Part shown: positions 27,529 through 39,213 of the stretch, in pieces
Position numbering within the stretch: position 1 is the stretch's first letter
Layout: the number at the start of each line of letters is the position of its first letter
Source: Chlamydiota bacterium
GTDB lineage: Bacteria; Auribacterota; Tritonobacteria; UBA1439
Reading direction: 5' to 3'
Length of the DNA stretch: 64,000 bases
Assembly (NCBI GenBank): GCA_037133055.1
Contig: JBAXOY010000001.1
Location: 1 to 64,000, forward strand
Translations under genes and position numbers: made by a program
The notes under the pieces: model-generated
What the model was told of the DNA's origin: nothing
The model's input: only the letters and a program-made list of their open reading frames with translations
Database searches by the model: none

Positions 27529-27677
27529 GGGTTTCCATGGCCTCATTCGGGGGATGCATTCTGAGCGCCTCCCTGTTCGCGCTCGCGCTGGGGGCATCCC
27601 TCTTCGCGATGCTGTGTGAAGCAGGTGCCCGTGCATCCAAGCGCCTGTGCCGCTGTCCCCGGAGCCATACCGGCTAA
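27525..27677 (+). CDS. 50-aa membrane microprotein
   Basis: ATGA overlap, GGAGG RBS, single hydrophobic segment and Cys/Arg-rich tail. Confidence 0.5.
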   Translation: MRVSMASFGGCILSASLFALALGASLFAMLCEAGARASKRLCRCPRSHTG

Positions 27678-27843
27678 CCCCCGGGGGAGTTTTCCCGCGC
27701 GCCCCTCCGACCCATGCCCCTGTCAGTTCTTCGCCCATTCCCCCACTCCCGTTTTTCCGCTGCGGATGGAAGACCACGGTTATACCGGGGTGCTGTCACC
27801 CCCCCACCGTAAATGACCCCTTGTCTGCGGAGCGGTTATACGG

Positions 27844-27872
27844 TTGACAAGGGGATGGCGTCCCCGTATCAT
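27844..27872 (+). promoter_or_regulatory. Putative sigma70 promoter
   Basis: TTGACA-17 bp-TATCAT. Confidence 0.65.
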
Positions 27873-27911
27873 CCGGTCCCTGACACCTGCTGATCATGGA
27901 GGGCTCCCGTC

Positions 27912-29102
27912 ATGGAACCGATGCACGATGTTTCCCGGATTCTCGAACACGACCGCGACGCGATGGTCGCCTACCTGCGCGAGATTATCGCCGCCCCGAG
28001 CCCGAGCGGCGGCGAGGGCGCCGTTGCCGCGCGGACCGTCCGGGAAATGGAGCGATGCGGCTTCGACAAGGCCTTTGTCGACGGAATCGGCAATGCGGTG
28101 GGCGTGCTCGGCTCCGGGAACCCGGCGGTGCTCTTCGACGCGCACATGGACACCGTGGGCATCCACGAGCGGGCGCTCTGGAAGCACGACCCCTACGCCG
28201 GTTCATACGACGGGGAATTCGTGCACGGGAGGGGCGCGGCGGAAAACAAGGGCGCCCTCGCCGCGATCATCTACGGCGTCAAGGCGATGCGCGAGGCGGG
28301 CCTCCTCCGCGGAACGGTCTATGTCACCGGGAGCGTCTTCGAGGAGGACTGCGACGGGCTCGGCCTCTGGCACGCGCTCGCGAAAACGGGCCTGAAGCCG
28401 GACTGCGTGGTGGTCGGCAAGTTCACCGGCCTCGCGATCATCCGCGGCCAGCGGGGCCGCATGGAGATCCGCGTCACCGTCCACGGGAAGTCCTGCCACG
28501 CCTCGACGCCCGAGGAGGGGACGAACCCGATCTATCGCGCGGTGCCGATCATCGCCGGAATTGAGCGCCTGAACGGGACGCTTCGGTCGGACCCGTTCCT
28601 CGGCAAGGGGACGATCGCGGTCACCCAGGTGAGCGTGAAGAGCCCCGGCTTTAACCGGATCGGCCACGAGGCGTACCTGTCGGTGGACCGGCGCCTGACC
28701 GTCGGGGAGACGAGTGAGCTCGCGCTCGATCAGATCCGCTCCCTCCCCGGCGCCGAGGGCGCCTCGGTCGAGGTGCTCACCTACGAGAAGCCCGCCTTCA
28801 CGGGACTCGCGCAGAAGGTGGAAAAATATTTCCCCGGCTGGTCTGTCCCCGAGGACTCCCCCGTCGTGAGGGCTGCGGTCGAGACCTACGCGCGCGCAAT
28901 CGGCGGCTCCCCCGTCATCGACAAGTGGACCGTGAGTTCGAACGGGGTCTCCTCCTGCGGGCTCCTCGGGATACCCACGATCGGGTTCGGCCCCGGGGAG
29001 AAGCGCTTCATCCACGGCTACGAGGACCGGATCGCCGTCGAGGATATGCTCAAGGCGGCGCGTTTCTACGCCCTTTTCCCCGGGTCCTTCGCGGCGCGCT
29101 GA
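27912..29102 (+). CDS. YgeY-like M20 metallohydrolase
   Basis: FDAHMDTVG, EEDCDGL, RGQRGRMEI, GKSCHAS, PFLGKGT, DRRLTVGE, IPTIGFGPG. Confidence 0.85.
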   Translation: MEPMHDVSRILEHDRDAMVAYLREIIAAPSPSGGEGAVAARTVREMERCGFDKAFVDGIGNAVGVLGSGNPAVLFDAHMDTVGIHERALWKHDPYAGSYDGEFVHGRGAAENKGALAAIIYGVKAMREAGLLRGTVYVTGSVFEEDCDGLGLWHALAKTGLKPDCVVVGKFTGLAIIRGQRGRMEIRVTVHGKSCHASTPEEGTNPIYRAVPIIAGIERLNGTLRSDPFLGKGTIAVTQVSVKSPGFNRIGHEAYLSVDRRLTVGETSELALDQIRSLPGAEGASVEVLTYEKPAFTGLAQKVEKYFPGWSVPEDSPVVRAAVETYARAIGGSPVIDKWTVSSNGVSSCGLLGIPTIGFGPGEKRFIHGYEDRIAVEDMLKAARFYALFPGSFAAR

Positions 29103-29154
29103 CGCTCCCCTATCTCGCCGGAAAATATTCCCGAAACTATTTCCTTGACCTCTC

Positions 29155-29178
29155 CGCTATTCATACTACGATATAACG
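29155..29178. promoter_or_regulatory. ModE-box operator
   Basis: CGCTATTCA-N6-GATATAACG resembles ModE consensus CGNTATATA-N6-TATATANCG; sits between TTGACC and the modE ATG. Confidence 0.7.
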
Positions 29179-29181
29179 ACC

Positions 29182-29559
29182 ATGGACCTCAGGATCAGGC
29201 TCAGCCTCACGGACGATTCCGGGCGCCCCTTCATGGGGATCGGCCTGATCTGGCTCCTCCAGCGCATCCGGGATCGCGGGTCGATCCACGCCGCTTCCCG
29301 GGAGATGGGGATGTCGTACGTGAAGGCGCTGCGGATCCTCAACCGGCTCGAGAAGAAGCTCGGCAGGCCGCTCCTGGTTCGTTCCATGGGCGGCAGCGCA
29401 CGGGGCGGGGCGGTGCTCACCCCGTTCGGCGTGAAGTTCATCGCGGCGTTCGAGCGCCTCCACGAGCGGGTCGACCGCTGCGCGCGACGCGAATACGCGA
29501 AGTTAGGAACCTGCATCGTGAAGACTCGATCGTCCAAAGGGACAAGGGGGAAGCGATGA
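29182..29559 (+). CDS. modE: ModE-type winged-helix regulator (no Mop domains)
   Basis: FMGIG..WLL..I...GSI.AASREMGMSY.KA...L..LE..LG..L..R..GG..RGGA.LTP.G. Confidence 0.85.
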   Translation: MDLRIRLSLTDDSGRPFMGIGLIWLLQRIRDRGSIHAASREMGMSYVKALRILNRLEKKLGRPLLVRSMGGSARGGAVLTPFGVKFIAAFERLHERVDRCARREYAKLGTCIVKTRSSKGTRGKR

Positions 29560-30257
29560 GATTGAAGATCGCCTGCGGCATGCTATGCCTTCTCTGCGCC
29601 GCCTCGTCGGCTCGCGGGGCCGACGACTGGATGATGTGGAACGACTTCGCGGTCAAGGTCCCCCTGATCAAGGACACACTCGACCTGAACGGAATCTACG
29701 ACATGCGGTTCAGGGACGACATGGACGAGTTCTACCGCTACCACTTCTACGTCGGCCCCGACTACTACCCGTGGAAGTGGCTCACCCTCGGCCTCCAGTA
29801 CGGCAACGTCCAGCAGAAGCCGGAGGGGGGGGATTTCCAGACCGAGCACCGCTTCATGGGCTTCGTGACGCCGAAGTTCACGCTCGGCGACATCGGGCTC
29901 GAAAAACCCGTCCTGAAGGATTTGAAGTTCACGCTCCAGAACAGGCTCGAGTGGCGGATCCGCCACTACGCCGCGTTCAAGGACACGTGGCGGTACCGCT
30001 TCTACCCGAAGCTCTCCTACCCCATCTACAAGGGGGAGAAGCTCGACGTCTCGCCCTACGTCGGCGACGCCTTCTACTTCCCGCTGGAAGACAGCATCTA
30101 CTTCAACGAGAACAGGATCTACAGCGGCCTCGTCTTCAAACTATACAAACACCTTTCGCTCGACTTCTACTACATGTACGACGACACGCGCAAGGGGCGC
30201 GGGGGCGACTGGACGGGGGGCAACGTGCTCGGCTCGGTGGTCACCTATGAGTTCTGA
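29556..30257 (+). CDS. DUF2490-like outer-membrane beta-barrel
   Basis: Signal peptide, amphipathic aromatic strands, TEHR, QNRLEWR, WRYR, ENRIYSG, C-terminal YEF; ATGA overlap with modE. Confidence 0.8.
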   Translation: MRLKIACGMLCLLCAASSARGADDWMMWNDFAVKVPLIKDTLDLNGIYDMRFRDDMDEFYRYHFYVGPDYYPWKWLTLGLQYGNVQQKPEGGDFQTEHRFMGFVTPKFTLGDIGLEKPVLKDLKFTLQNRLEWRIRHYAAFKDTWRYRFYPKLSYPIYKGEKLDVSPYVGDAFYFPLEDSIYFNENRIYSGLVFKLYKHLSLDFYYMYDDTRKGRGGDWTGGNVLGSVVTYEF

Positions 30258-30290
30258 ACGCCGCCCCCTGCATCAAGGATACCGTCTTCC

Positions 30291-31148
30291 ATGAACAGGC
30301 GATTGCTCTCCGGGTTCCTTTTTTGTGCGGTATCCCTTTTCGCCGGGTGCTTCCGCGAAGGCGAGCCCCTCCTTTTCTTCTGCGGCTCGGCGGTGCGCGT
30401 CCCAATGGACGAGATCATCGCCCGGTATGAAAAGGACACCGGGCGGAGAATTTCGGTCACCTACGGCGGCTCAGGGACCCTCCTCTCCCAGATGGAGATG
30501 GCGCGGCGCGGGGACCTGTACCTCGCCGGATCGCCCGACTACATCATTAAGGGCGAAAAGAAAAAGCTCCTCGTTCCCGGCACGGAGCGGAAGGTCGCGT
30601 ACCTCGTCCCCGCGATCATCGTGCCGAGGGGGAACCCTGCGGGGATCCGCGCGATCGAGGATCTCGCGAGGCCCGGCGTCCGGGTTGGGATGGGCAATCC
30701 TGAGACGGTCTGCCTCGGGCTCTACGGAACGGAGATCCTCGATCGCGCAGGCCTCCTCGAAAAGGTGCTGGGGGGAACCGTCGTTGTCTTCGCGAAGAGC
30801 TGCGAGGATACGGCGATGCTCGCGGTGCTCCGGAAAGTGGATGCGATCCTCGGGTGGGATGTCTTTGCGTCATGGAACCCCGCCGAGGTCGAGTGGATCA
30901 GGCTGGACCCCCGCCGGATCCCCCGCATCTCCTACGTCGCGATGGCGCTGCCTGTCTTCGCGCACGACGCGCGCGTGTCCCGGGAGTTCATGGACTACGT
31001 CGCGGGACAGGAGGGAAAGAGGATACTCTCCGCGTGGGGCTATTGCGCGGACGAGAACGCGGCGCGGGCGCACGCCCCCGCCGCGAAGATCGGAGGGGAA
31101 TATGCGCTCCCGGCAAACTATCGCGCGATCCTCGGCGCGGCGAGGTAG
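30291..31148 (+). CDS. modA: Molybdate/tungstate ABC substrate-binding lipoprotein
   Basis: LFAGC lipobox, YGGSGTLLSQ, GDLYLAGS, VPRGNP.GI..IEDL..PG. Confidence 0.85.
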   Translation: MNRRLLSGFLFCAVSLFAGCFREGEPLLFFCGSAVRVPMDEIIARYEKDTGRRISVTYGGSGTLLSQMEMARRGDLYLAGSPDYIIKGEKKKLLVPGTERKVAYLVPAIIVPRGNPAGIRAIEDLARPGVRVGMGNPETVCLGLYGTEILDRAGLLEKVLGGTVVVFAKSCEDTAMLAVLRKVDAILGWDVFASWNPAEVEWIRLDPRRIPRISYVAMALPVFAHDARVSREFMDYVAGQEGKRILSAWGYCADENAARAHAPAAKIGGEYALPANYRAILGAAR

Positions 31149-31917
31149 GGTATTCACGCTCGCCTGCGGGAGCGTGCTGGCGGTCCTCGTCCTCTTCTTT
31201 CTCGCCCTCGTCTACGGCCTCCTCGCGCAGCTCCGGTCCGCCCCTTCCGCGCGGGCCGCGTCCTCCTCCGAGCTCTTCTTCGCAATCAGGCTGACGCTCC
31301 TGACCGCCACGGTTTCCTCGATCCTCGCGCTCGCCGTCTCGATCCCGGCATCCTATGTCCTTTCCCGCTGCCGCTTCCCTTTCAGGGACGCCGTGGACGC
31401 GCTCCTCTACCTGCCCATCGTCCTCTCCCCCATCGCCCTCGGCGCGATGCTCCTCGTCTTCTTCAGCACGCCCCCGGGGAGGTTCTGGGAGGAGCGGGTT
31501 TTCCGGGTCGTCTTCGAGGTGCCCGGGATCGTCGCCGCGCAGTTCATCGTCGTCGTCGGCCTCGCCGTCAGCTTGGTGAAATCGACCTTCGACGGGATCG
31601 ACCCGGTCTACGAGAACATCGCCCGGACCCTCGGCGCCACGAGGTTCCAGGCGTTCACGCGCGTGCTGCTGCCCATTGCGAAACGCGGCATCCTCGCCGC
31701 GTTTCTCCTGACCTGGGCCCGGGCGGTCGGCGAATTCGGCGCCACGGTCACCCTCGCGGGCGCCACCACCATGAAAACTGAGACGCTCCCCGTGGCCATA
31801 TTTCTGAGCTTTGCGAGCGCCGACGTTCACCGCGCCTGCGTGCTGATCCTTATCGCGCTCTCGCTCTCCCTCGGCGTGCTTTTCCTGGTGAGGAGGATCT
31901 ATGCTCGCAGTCACTGA
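31102..31917 (+). CDS. modB: Molybdate/tungstate ABC permease
   Basis: LPIVLSP, ARTLGA, WARAVGEFGAT, TETLPVAI; ATG 31102 with GGAGGG overlaps modA end. Confidence 0.85.
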   Translation: MRSRQTIARSSARRGRVFTLACGSVLAVLVLFFLALVYGLLAQLRSAPSARAASSSELFFAIRLTLLTATVSSILALAVSIPASYVLSRCRFPFRDAVDALLYLPIVLSPIALGAMLLVFFSTPPGRFWEERVFRVVFEVPGIVAAQFIVVVGLAVSLVKSTFDGIDPVYENIARTLGATRFQAFTRVLLPIAKRGILAAFLLTWARAVGEFGATVTLAGATTMKTETLPVAIFLSFASADVHRACVLILIALSLSLGVLFLVRRIYARSH

Positions 31918-33001
31918 TCTTTCCGCCCGGGCGGGAGCGTTCACGCTGGAGGGACTGACCCTCGCGCTGGAGAGACGGGAGTATTTCGTCCTTGTGGGCC
32001 CCACGGGGAGCGGCAAGACGACCTTCATCCGGTGCCTCGCGGGTTTGCACCCGGTCTCGCGCGGCGGGATTTTCCTGGGCGGCAGGGAGATCACGCGCCG
32101 TGACCCGGCGGACAGGAACATCGGCTTCCTCCCCCAGGACTACCGCCTCTTTCCCCACCTCAACGTCAGGGGGAACATCGCCTTCGGGGTGTCGGTGCGC
32201 GGGACGCCCCGCGGGGAGCGCGAGGAGAGGCTGGAGCGCCTCGCCGGCGTCCTCCGGATCGCGCATCTGCTGAACCGCGATACCGGTACGCTCTCCGGGG
32301 GGGAGATGCAACGCGTCGCCCTCGCCCGGGCGCTCATCGTGCACCCGGAGGCGATCCTCCTCGACGAGCCGTTCTCCGCGATCGACCCGGGCACTCGGGT
32401 GCGCCTCTGGTTTGAGATCAAGGAGATCCTCCACGCCCTGGATGTCGCCGTGGTGCACGTCACGCACAACCTGGACGAAGCCTCCGCGATCGCCGATCGC
32501 ATCGGCGTCCTCATCGACGGAAGGCTTGAACAGGTCGGCGCCCGCGACGAGGTGCTGCTCCGACCCGCCACCGAGCGCGTGGCGCGCTATCTTGGGATCC
32601 GCAACATCTTCGAGGGGGAAGTGGCGCGCGCGAACGGCGGGAAGATGACCGTGCGCTGCGGGCCGGTCGACCTCACGGTCCAGGGGGATGCGCCCCCCGG
32701 GCGGCGTCTCTCGCTCTCCGTGCGCCCCCAGGATATCAAGGTCATCAAGCCGGGGCAGCCGCTGCGGGAGGATCTCAGGGACAACCTGTTCGAGGGAAAG
32801 GTCGTCTCGGCATATTTCTGCAACGACTTCTGCACCGTGACGGTGAGCGCCGGGGCGGAATTCGAGATGAGGTTCCCCTCGTACATCTACAGGCGGCACG
32901 ATCTCGCGAAGGGGAAACGGATCACCATCGGGCTTCGCCAGAGCGCGATCACTATTTTCCCTGCCGCGTCTCCGCGGAACGGGCACGGGCCTCCCGGCTG
33001 A
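31901..33001 (+). CDS. modC: Molybdate/tungstate ABC ATP-binding protein with TOBE-like tail
   Basis: GPTGSGKT, LSGGEMQRVALARAL, LLDEP, HVTH. Confidence 0.85.
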   Translation: MLAVTDLSARAGAFTLEGLTLALERREYFVLVGPTGSGKTTFIRCLAGLHPVSRGGIFLGGREITRRDPADRNIGFLPQDYRLFPHLNVRGNIAFGVSVRGTPRGEREERLERLAGVLRIAHLLNRDTGTLSGGEMQRVALARALIVHPEAILLDEPFSAIDPGTRVRLWFEIKEILHALDVAVVHVTHNLDEASAIADRIGVLIDGRLEQVGARDEVLLRPATERVARYLGIRNIFEGEVARANGGKMTVRCGPVDLTVQGDAPPGRRLSLSVRPQDIKVIKPGQPLREDLRDNLFEGKVVSAYFCNDFCTVTVSAGAEFEMRFPSYIYRRHDLAKGKRITIGLRQSAITIFPAASPRNGHGPPG

Positions 33002-33008
33002 TCGTCGC

Positions 33009-34954
<1,946 letters not shown>

Positions 34955-34958
<4 letters not shown>

Positions 34959-35917
34959 CGCGGTCCCCGCCCCCCCATGGGCATGAACGGGTTGGTCCCC
35001 TGAGAGCTTTTCGGCGCGTTCTTCTTCTCTTTCTTCATCACGACCGTGTCGTTCGCTCCGAGCCCGGAGATAATTTCCGCGTATTTTTCGTCCGAGGCGC
35101 CGAGGCGGACCTCGCGCCGGACCTGGCGCCCCCCCTCGAGGACCGTCACCGTCGCCTTTTTCCTGCCCCTCGCCACCGCGGCGACCGGCACGCGAAGGAC
35201 GCCGTTTTTCTGCCGCTCCACGATCTCCACCAGGGCGCTCATCCCCGAGCGGAAGACGTCGGGGACCTTGTCCGGAAGTATGTCCACCTCGTAGATCGTG
35301 ACGTTGTTCACCACCTTCGACTCATAGGATATGTGCGCGACCTTCGAGGTGACCTTGACGTCCGGGTAGGCGTCGAGGCTGACGACGGCTTCCTGGCCGA
35401 CCTTCACCCTCCCGATGTCCGTCTCGTCCACCTGCGCGTTGACGATGAGGCGGTCCGAGAGGACGAGGACGGCGTCGGTGGCGGTCACGGTCTGCCCCGG
35501 CTCGAACGCCCTGACGATGACCTCGGCGGCGATGGGGGCGATCAGGGGGGCGGCCTTGTAGGCGTCCTTCCAGTACGCGACCTGCTCGGGGCCGCGCGAG
35601 CGGGCCGCGTCGAGAAGCGCGGCGCGCTCGGTCGAGCTCATCCAGGCGAGAGTCTGCCCCTCCTTCACCATGTCGCCCTCGTGGACAAGGATCTCCTCGA
35701 TCCTCCCGCCGATCGGCGGCTTGATCTGGAGGCGGTTCTGCGGCTCAACCGTGCCGGTCGTCGAGATCACCTCCCGTATGTCGCCGATCTCCAGGTGTAT
35801 CTCTTCGACAACAGCCGCGCCGCCGCTCGAACGGCACCCCCTCACCGTCCATACGACGAGGAGAAGGGCGGCAAGAATCCCCGCGCCCATCGCGATTCTC
35901 TTCTTAATCATCGTCAT
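34955..35917 (-). CDS. macA: MacA-like periplasmic adaptor
   Basis: N-terminal TM, GRIEEILVHEGD, VDETDIGRVKVGQ, FRSGMSA. Confidence 0.85.
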
Positions 35918-35943
35918 CCCGTGTATCCCCCGTGTATACCTCG

Positions 35944-37221
35944 TCACCGAACCTCGTCCTCGAGCGTGCCCCCCCGCGCCTGGACCCACGCTGCCTCCGC
36001 GAGCCCTTCCGCCCAGCAGGCGTCGAGGAACGTGTTCTTGGCCCTCACCAGCGAGTCCTCGATGATCGTCCAGTTGTCGAAGCTGAGGAGGCCGATCGAG
36101 TACTGCGCCCGGGAGATCTTCGCCCGCTCCTCGGCCGCGGCAAGAACCTTCCGCTGCACGTCGACCTGTTCGATCGCGTTGCGGAGCTTCGTCCACGTAT
36201 CCGTGAGCGTCAGCACCACCCCGTTGCGGCCGCTCTGCTCGTCGGCCTCGGTCTGAAGGAGGATATCCTTCGACCTCGCAACCTCGGCGACGCGCAGCCC
36301 CCCCTCGTAGAGGGGCCAGTTCATGCTGATGCCGATGTCCTTCTCGTCGCCGCGTGCGGGCCAGCCCGGCCCGGCCTTGTTCACCCCGATCGACCCATAG
36401 ACCTGGGGGAAATAATCCGAGTACGACGACTTCACTCCCCATCGCGCCGCCTCTTTCTGCGCGGCGAGCTGGTGAAGGAATGGATTAGTCTCGCAGAGCC
36501 CCTCGAAATCGGGCCTCTCCGGCCCCGGGGCGTCAAGGGCGAAGTCGCCGCCGGTCTTCAGGGGCGCGGAGTGCGGTCTCCCCATCTCCTTGGTGAGGCG
36601 CCTGCGCCCGAGCTCGATAGCCCGGAGCGCCGCGGCGACGTCGTACTCCGCCTGCGCAAGATCGGCCTGGGAGAGCATCAGGGATCCCTTGTGCTCCCTT
36701 CCGGCCTCGTAGCGGAGCGTCACGAGATCCGTGTTCTGCTTCCTCCGGTCGGTGATCTCCCGCGTGATCGTCACGAGGTCCTGCGCCCTCAGCAGGTCCA
36801 CGTACGCGTTCCGGAGCCTGAGTCGCACGTCCGAGGAGGTCACAAAGTAGGCCCAGCGCGACGCGGAAATCCCCTCCCCCGCCTTCCCCATCTCGAACGG
36901 GGTCTTGAATCCATCGAAGAGGAGTTGCCGGGCGTCGAGCCCGAATACATGCGCTTCCCCGACGATGCCATCCGTGCCCTTGGCCTTCGTGTCGCCGGCG
37001 GAGGCATTCACCTGGGGAAAGAGGGGGCTCGCCGCGATCCTGCGATCGGCCTTCGACTGACCCAGTTTCGCGAGCGCCGCGGCAAGGTCGGGGTTCTGCC
37101 GCCACGCCTCCCGCACGCACTCCCGCCAGGCGATCGCCTCGCCGGTCTCTTCCGCCCCCGCGGGGGCGGGAAGAGCCGCCAGGGAGGCCCCAAGGCAGAG
37201 CAGCAGCGCGTGTGCCTTCAT
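35944..37221 (-). CDS. TolC-family outer-membrane efflux protein
   Basis: Signal peptide, QNPDL, FPQV x2, QLLFDG, WPLYEGG, RYEAG. Confidence 0.88.
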   Translation of the reverse strand: MKAHALLLCLGASLAALPAPAGAEETGEAIAWRECVREAWRQNPDLAAALAKLGQSKADRRIAASPLFPQVNASAGDTKAKGTDGIVGEAHVFGLDARQLLFDGFKTPFEMGKAGEGISASRWAYFVTSSDVRLRLRNAYVDLLRAQDLVTITREITDRRKQNTDLVTLRYEAGREHKGSLMLSQADLAQAEYDVAAALRAIELGRRRLTKEMGRPHSAPLKTGGDFALDAPGPERPDFEGLCETNPFLHQLAAQKEAARWGVKSSYSDYFPQVYGSIGVNKAGPGWPARGDEKDIGISMNWPLYEGGLRVAEVARSKDILLQTEADEQSGRNGVVLTLTDTWTKLRNAIEQVDVQRKVLAAAEERAKISRAQYSIGLLSFDNWTIIEDSLVRAKNTFLDACWAEGLAEAAWVQARGGTLEDEVR

Positions 37222-37225
37222 TCCG

Positions 37226-37471
37226 TCACCTGTTTTCCCGGGACGCCTTCCGCTTGAATTTCGAGATAAGGCGCGAGGCCTGCGTGAGCATCCGTGTGAA
37301 GTCCTGCGCCCGCATGAGCCCGAGCATGTTCCTGTCGGGCCTGACGAAGACGATGAGCCGGTCGCCGGGCCGGATGCCCAGGGACTCCCTGACCTCCGCG
37401 GGTATCACGATCTGCCCCCGCGCCCCCACGGTCGCCGACCCGTGCACCTCGCCCCTTAAAAGCCCGTTCAT
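37226..37471 (-). CDS. AbrB/MazE/SpoVT-family regulator
   Basis: ATVGARGQIVIPAEVRESLGIRPGDRL. Confidence 0.88.
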   Translation of the reverse strand: MNGLLRGEVHGSATVGARGQIVIPAEVRESLGIRPGDRLIVFVRPDRNMLGLMRAQDFTRMLTQASRLISKFKRKASRENR

Positions 37472-37500
37472 ATCACGCCCCCGCTCCCCCCGCGATGCAA

Positions 37501-37550
37501 AGTATGCGATGTATGAAAAGTATGATACGCCGGATGCGCCCCTCCCGCAA
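37501..37550 (-). promoter_or_regulatory. Promoter and putative AbrB operator
   Basis: Minus strand TTGCGG-17-TATCAT overlapped/followed by CATAC x3 at 9-bp period. Confidence 0.55.
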
Positions 37551-37707
37551 TGCGTTTTTACCCCGGATGCCCGCATCACCTCCCTTCCACCTTTGACTCT
37601 TTCCATCCCGTGAAAGTTCCCCCGGCTCTGCCCATTGATAAACTTTTCTTCCGGGATTGTTCTTTCTCCGTGCATTCCCGTGTTCTCCGTGTCCTCCGTG
37701 ATAAACC

Positions 37708-37748
37708 ATATATCCCCGGGGCTCTGGACAATATATCCCCGGGGCTCT
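37708..37748. repeat. 18-bp direct repeat ATATATCCCCGGGGCTCT x2
   Basis: Copies at 37708-37725 and 37731-37748, running into TTGCCG-17-TATACT. Confidence 0.85.
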
Positions 37749-37786
37749 TGCCGCTCCGGGCGGGAGTCGCTATACTACGGCCCGTC

Positions 37787-39157
37787 ATGCACGACCTTGC
37801 AGATTTCTTCTCATGGCTCGCCGCGCACGTGCGGCTCGGGCCGGCGCTCTCCGCGCTGAGCAACATCGTGTGGGGGCCGCCGATGCTCGCGCTCCTCTTC
37901 GGCACGCACCTCTTCCTCACCTTCAGGCTTCGATTCATCCAGCGCTACACCTGGAAGGCGATCAGGATCTCCCTTTCGCGCACGCCCGAGGGCGAGGGCG
38001 ACATCAGCCAGTTCGGCGCGCTCATGACCGCCCTCGCCGCGACGATCGGCACGGGAAACATCGTCGGCGTCGCGACCGCGATCGCCTCGGGGGGGCCCGG
38101 GGCGGTCCTCTGGATGTGGCTCACGGGCGTCTTCGGGATCGCCACCAAGTACGCCGAGGCGGTGCTCTCCGTGAAGTACCGCATCACCACCAGGGACGGG
38201 TTCATGGCGGGGGGACCGATGTACGTCCTCGAGCGCGGGCTCCGCTGCCGGTGGCTCGGGATGATCTTCGCGGCCCTCACCGCGGTCGCCGCGTTCGGCA
38301 TCGGCAACATGGTCCAGGCGAACTCGATCTCCACGATGGTGAAGGAGAACTTCAACATCTCCCCCTGGATCACCGGGATCATCATGACAATGTGCACCGC
38401 CATCGTCATGATCCACGGCATCAAATCGATCGCGAGGGTGTGCGAGTTCCTGGTGCCGTTCATGGCCGTCTTCTACATACTCGGCTGCAGCGTCCTCCTC
38501 GCCATGAACCTGCGCGACATCCCCGGGACGATCGCCCTCATACTCAGGAGCGCCTTCACGGGGCAGGCAGCGCTCGGGGGGTTCATCGGGGCGGGGATGA
38601 GGGACGCGGTCCGCTACGGGATCGCCCGGGGGCTCTTCTCGAACGAGTCGGGGATGGGGAGCGCCCCGATCGTCGCCGCCGCGGCGCAGACCCGGAACCC
38701 GGTCCGGCAGGCGCTCGTCTCCTCGACCGGGACCTTCTGGGACACCGTGGTGGTCTGCGCCCTTACGGGCCTCGTCCTTGTGAACTCCGGGGAGTGGACG
38801 AGGGGGCTCCAGGGCGCGGCGCTCACGACCGCCGCCTTCGCCGGCATCCCCCGCGTCGGTCCCCTCGTGCTGACGGTGGGGCTCCTCACCTTCGTCGCCT
38901 CGACGATCTTCGGCTGGTGCTACTACGGGGAGAAGGCGATCGAGTACCTCCTCGGCCCCCGCGCGACGGAACCGTACCGCAGGCTCTGGGTCGCGGCGGT
39001 GATGGTCGGGTCGGTGATGTCGCTCCCGTCGGTCTGGGCGTTCGCCGATATCGCGAACGCGCTCATGGCCGTCCCGAACCTGATCTCGCTCATCCTGCTG
39101 AGCGGCGTCGTCGTCGCGGAAACGCGCACGCACCTCTGGGACGCCCCCGACGCGTAA
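37787..39157 (+). CDS. Alanine/glycine:cation symporter (AGCS family)
   Basis: ATIGTGNIVGVA, GGPGAVLWMW, GGPMY, RGLFSNESGMGS. Confidence 0.92.
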   Translation: MHDLADFFSWLAAHVRLGPALSALSNIVWGPPMLALLFGTHLFLTFRLRFIQRYTWKAIRISLSRTPEGEGDISQFGALMTALAATIGTGNIVGVATAIASGGPGAVLWMWLTGVFGIATKYAEAVLSVKYRITTRDGFMAGGPMYVLERGLRCRWLGMIFAALTAVAAFGIGNMVQANSISTMVKENFNISPWITGIIMTMCTAIVMIHGIKSIARVCEFLVPFMAVFYILGCSVLLAMNLRDIPGTIALILRSAFTGQAALGGFIGAGMRDAVRYGIARGLFSNESGMGSAPIVAAAAQTRNPVRQALVSSTGTFWDTVVVCALTGLVLVNSGEWTRGLQGAALTTAAFAGIPRVGPLVLTVGLLTFVASTIFGWCYYGEKAIEYLLGPRATEPYRRLWVAAVMVGSVMSLPSVWAFADIANALMAVPNLISLILLSGVVVAETRTHLWDAPDA

Positions 39158-39213
39158 CAGGGCTTGCTCCCGCCACACCCTTCACACCCTTCTCACCTTT
39201 CTCCCCCTTCTCA

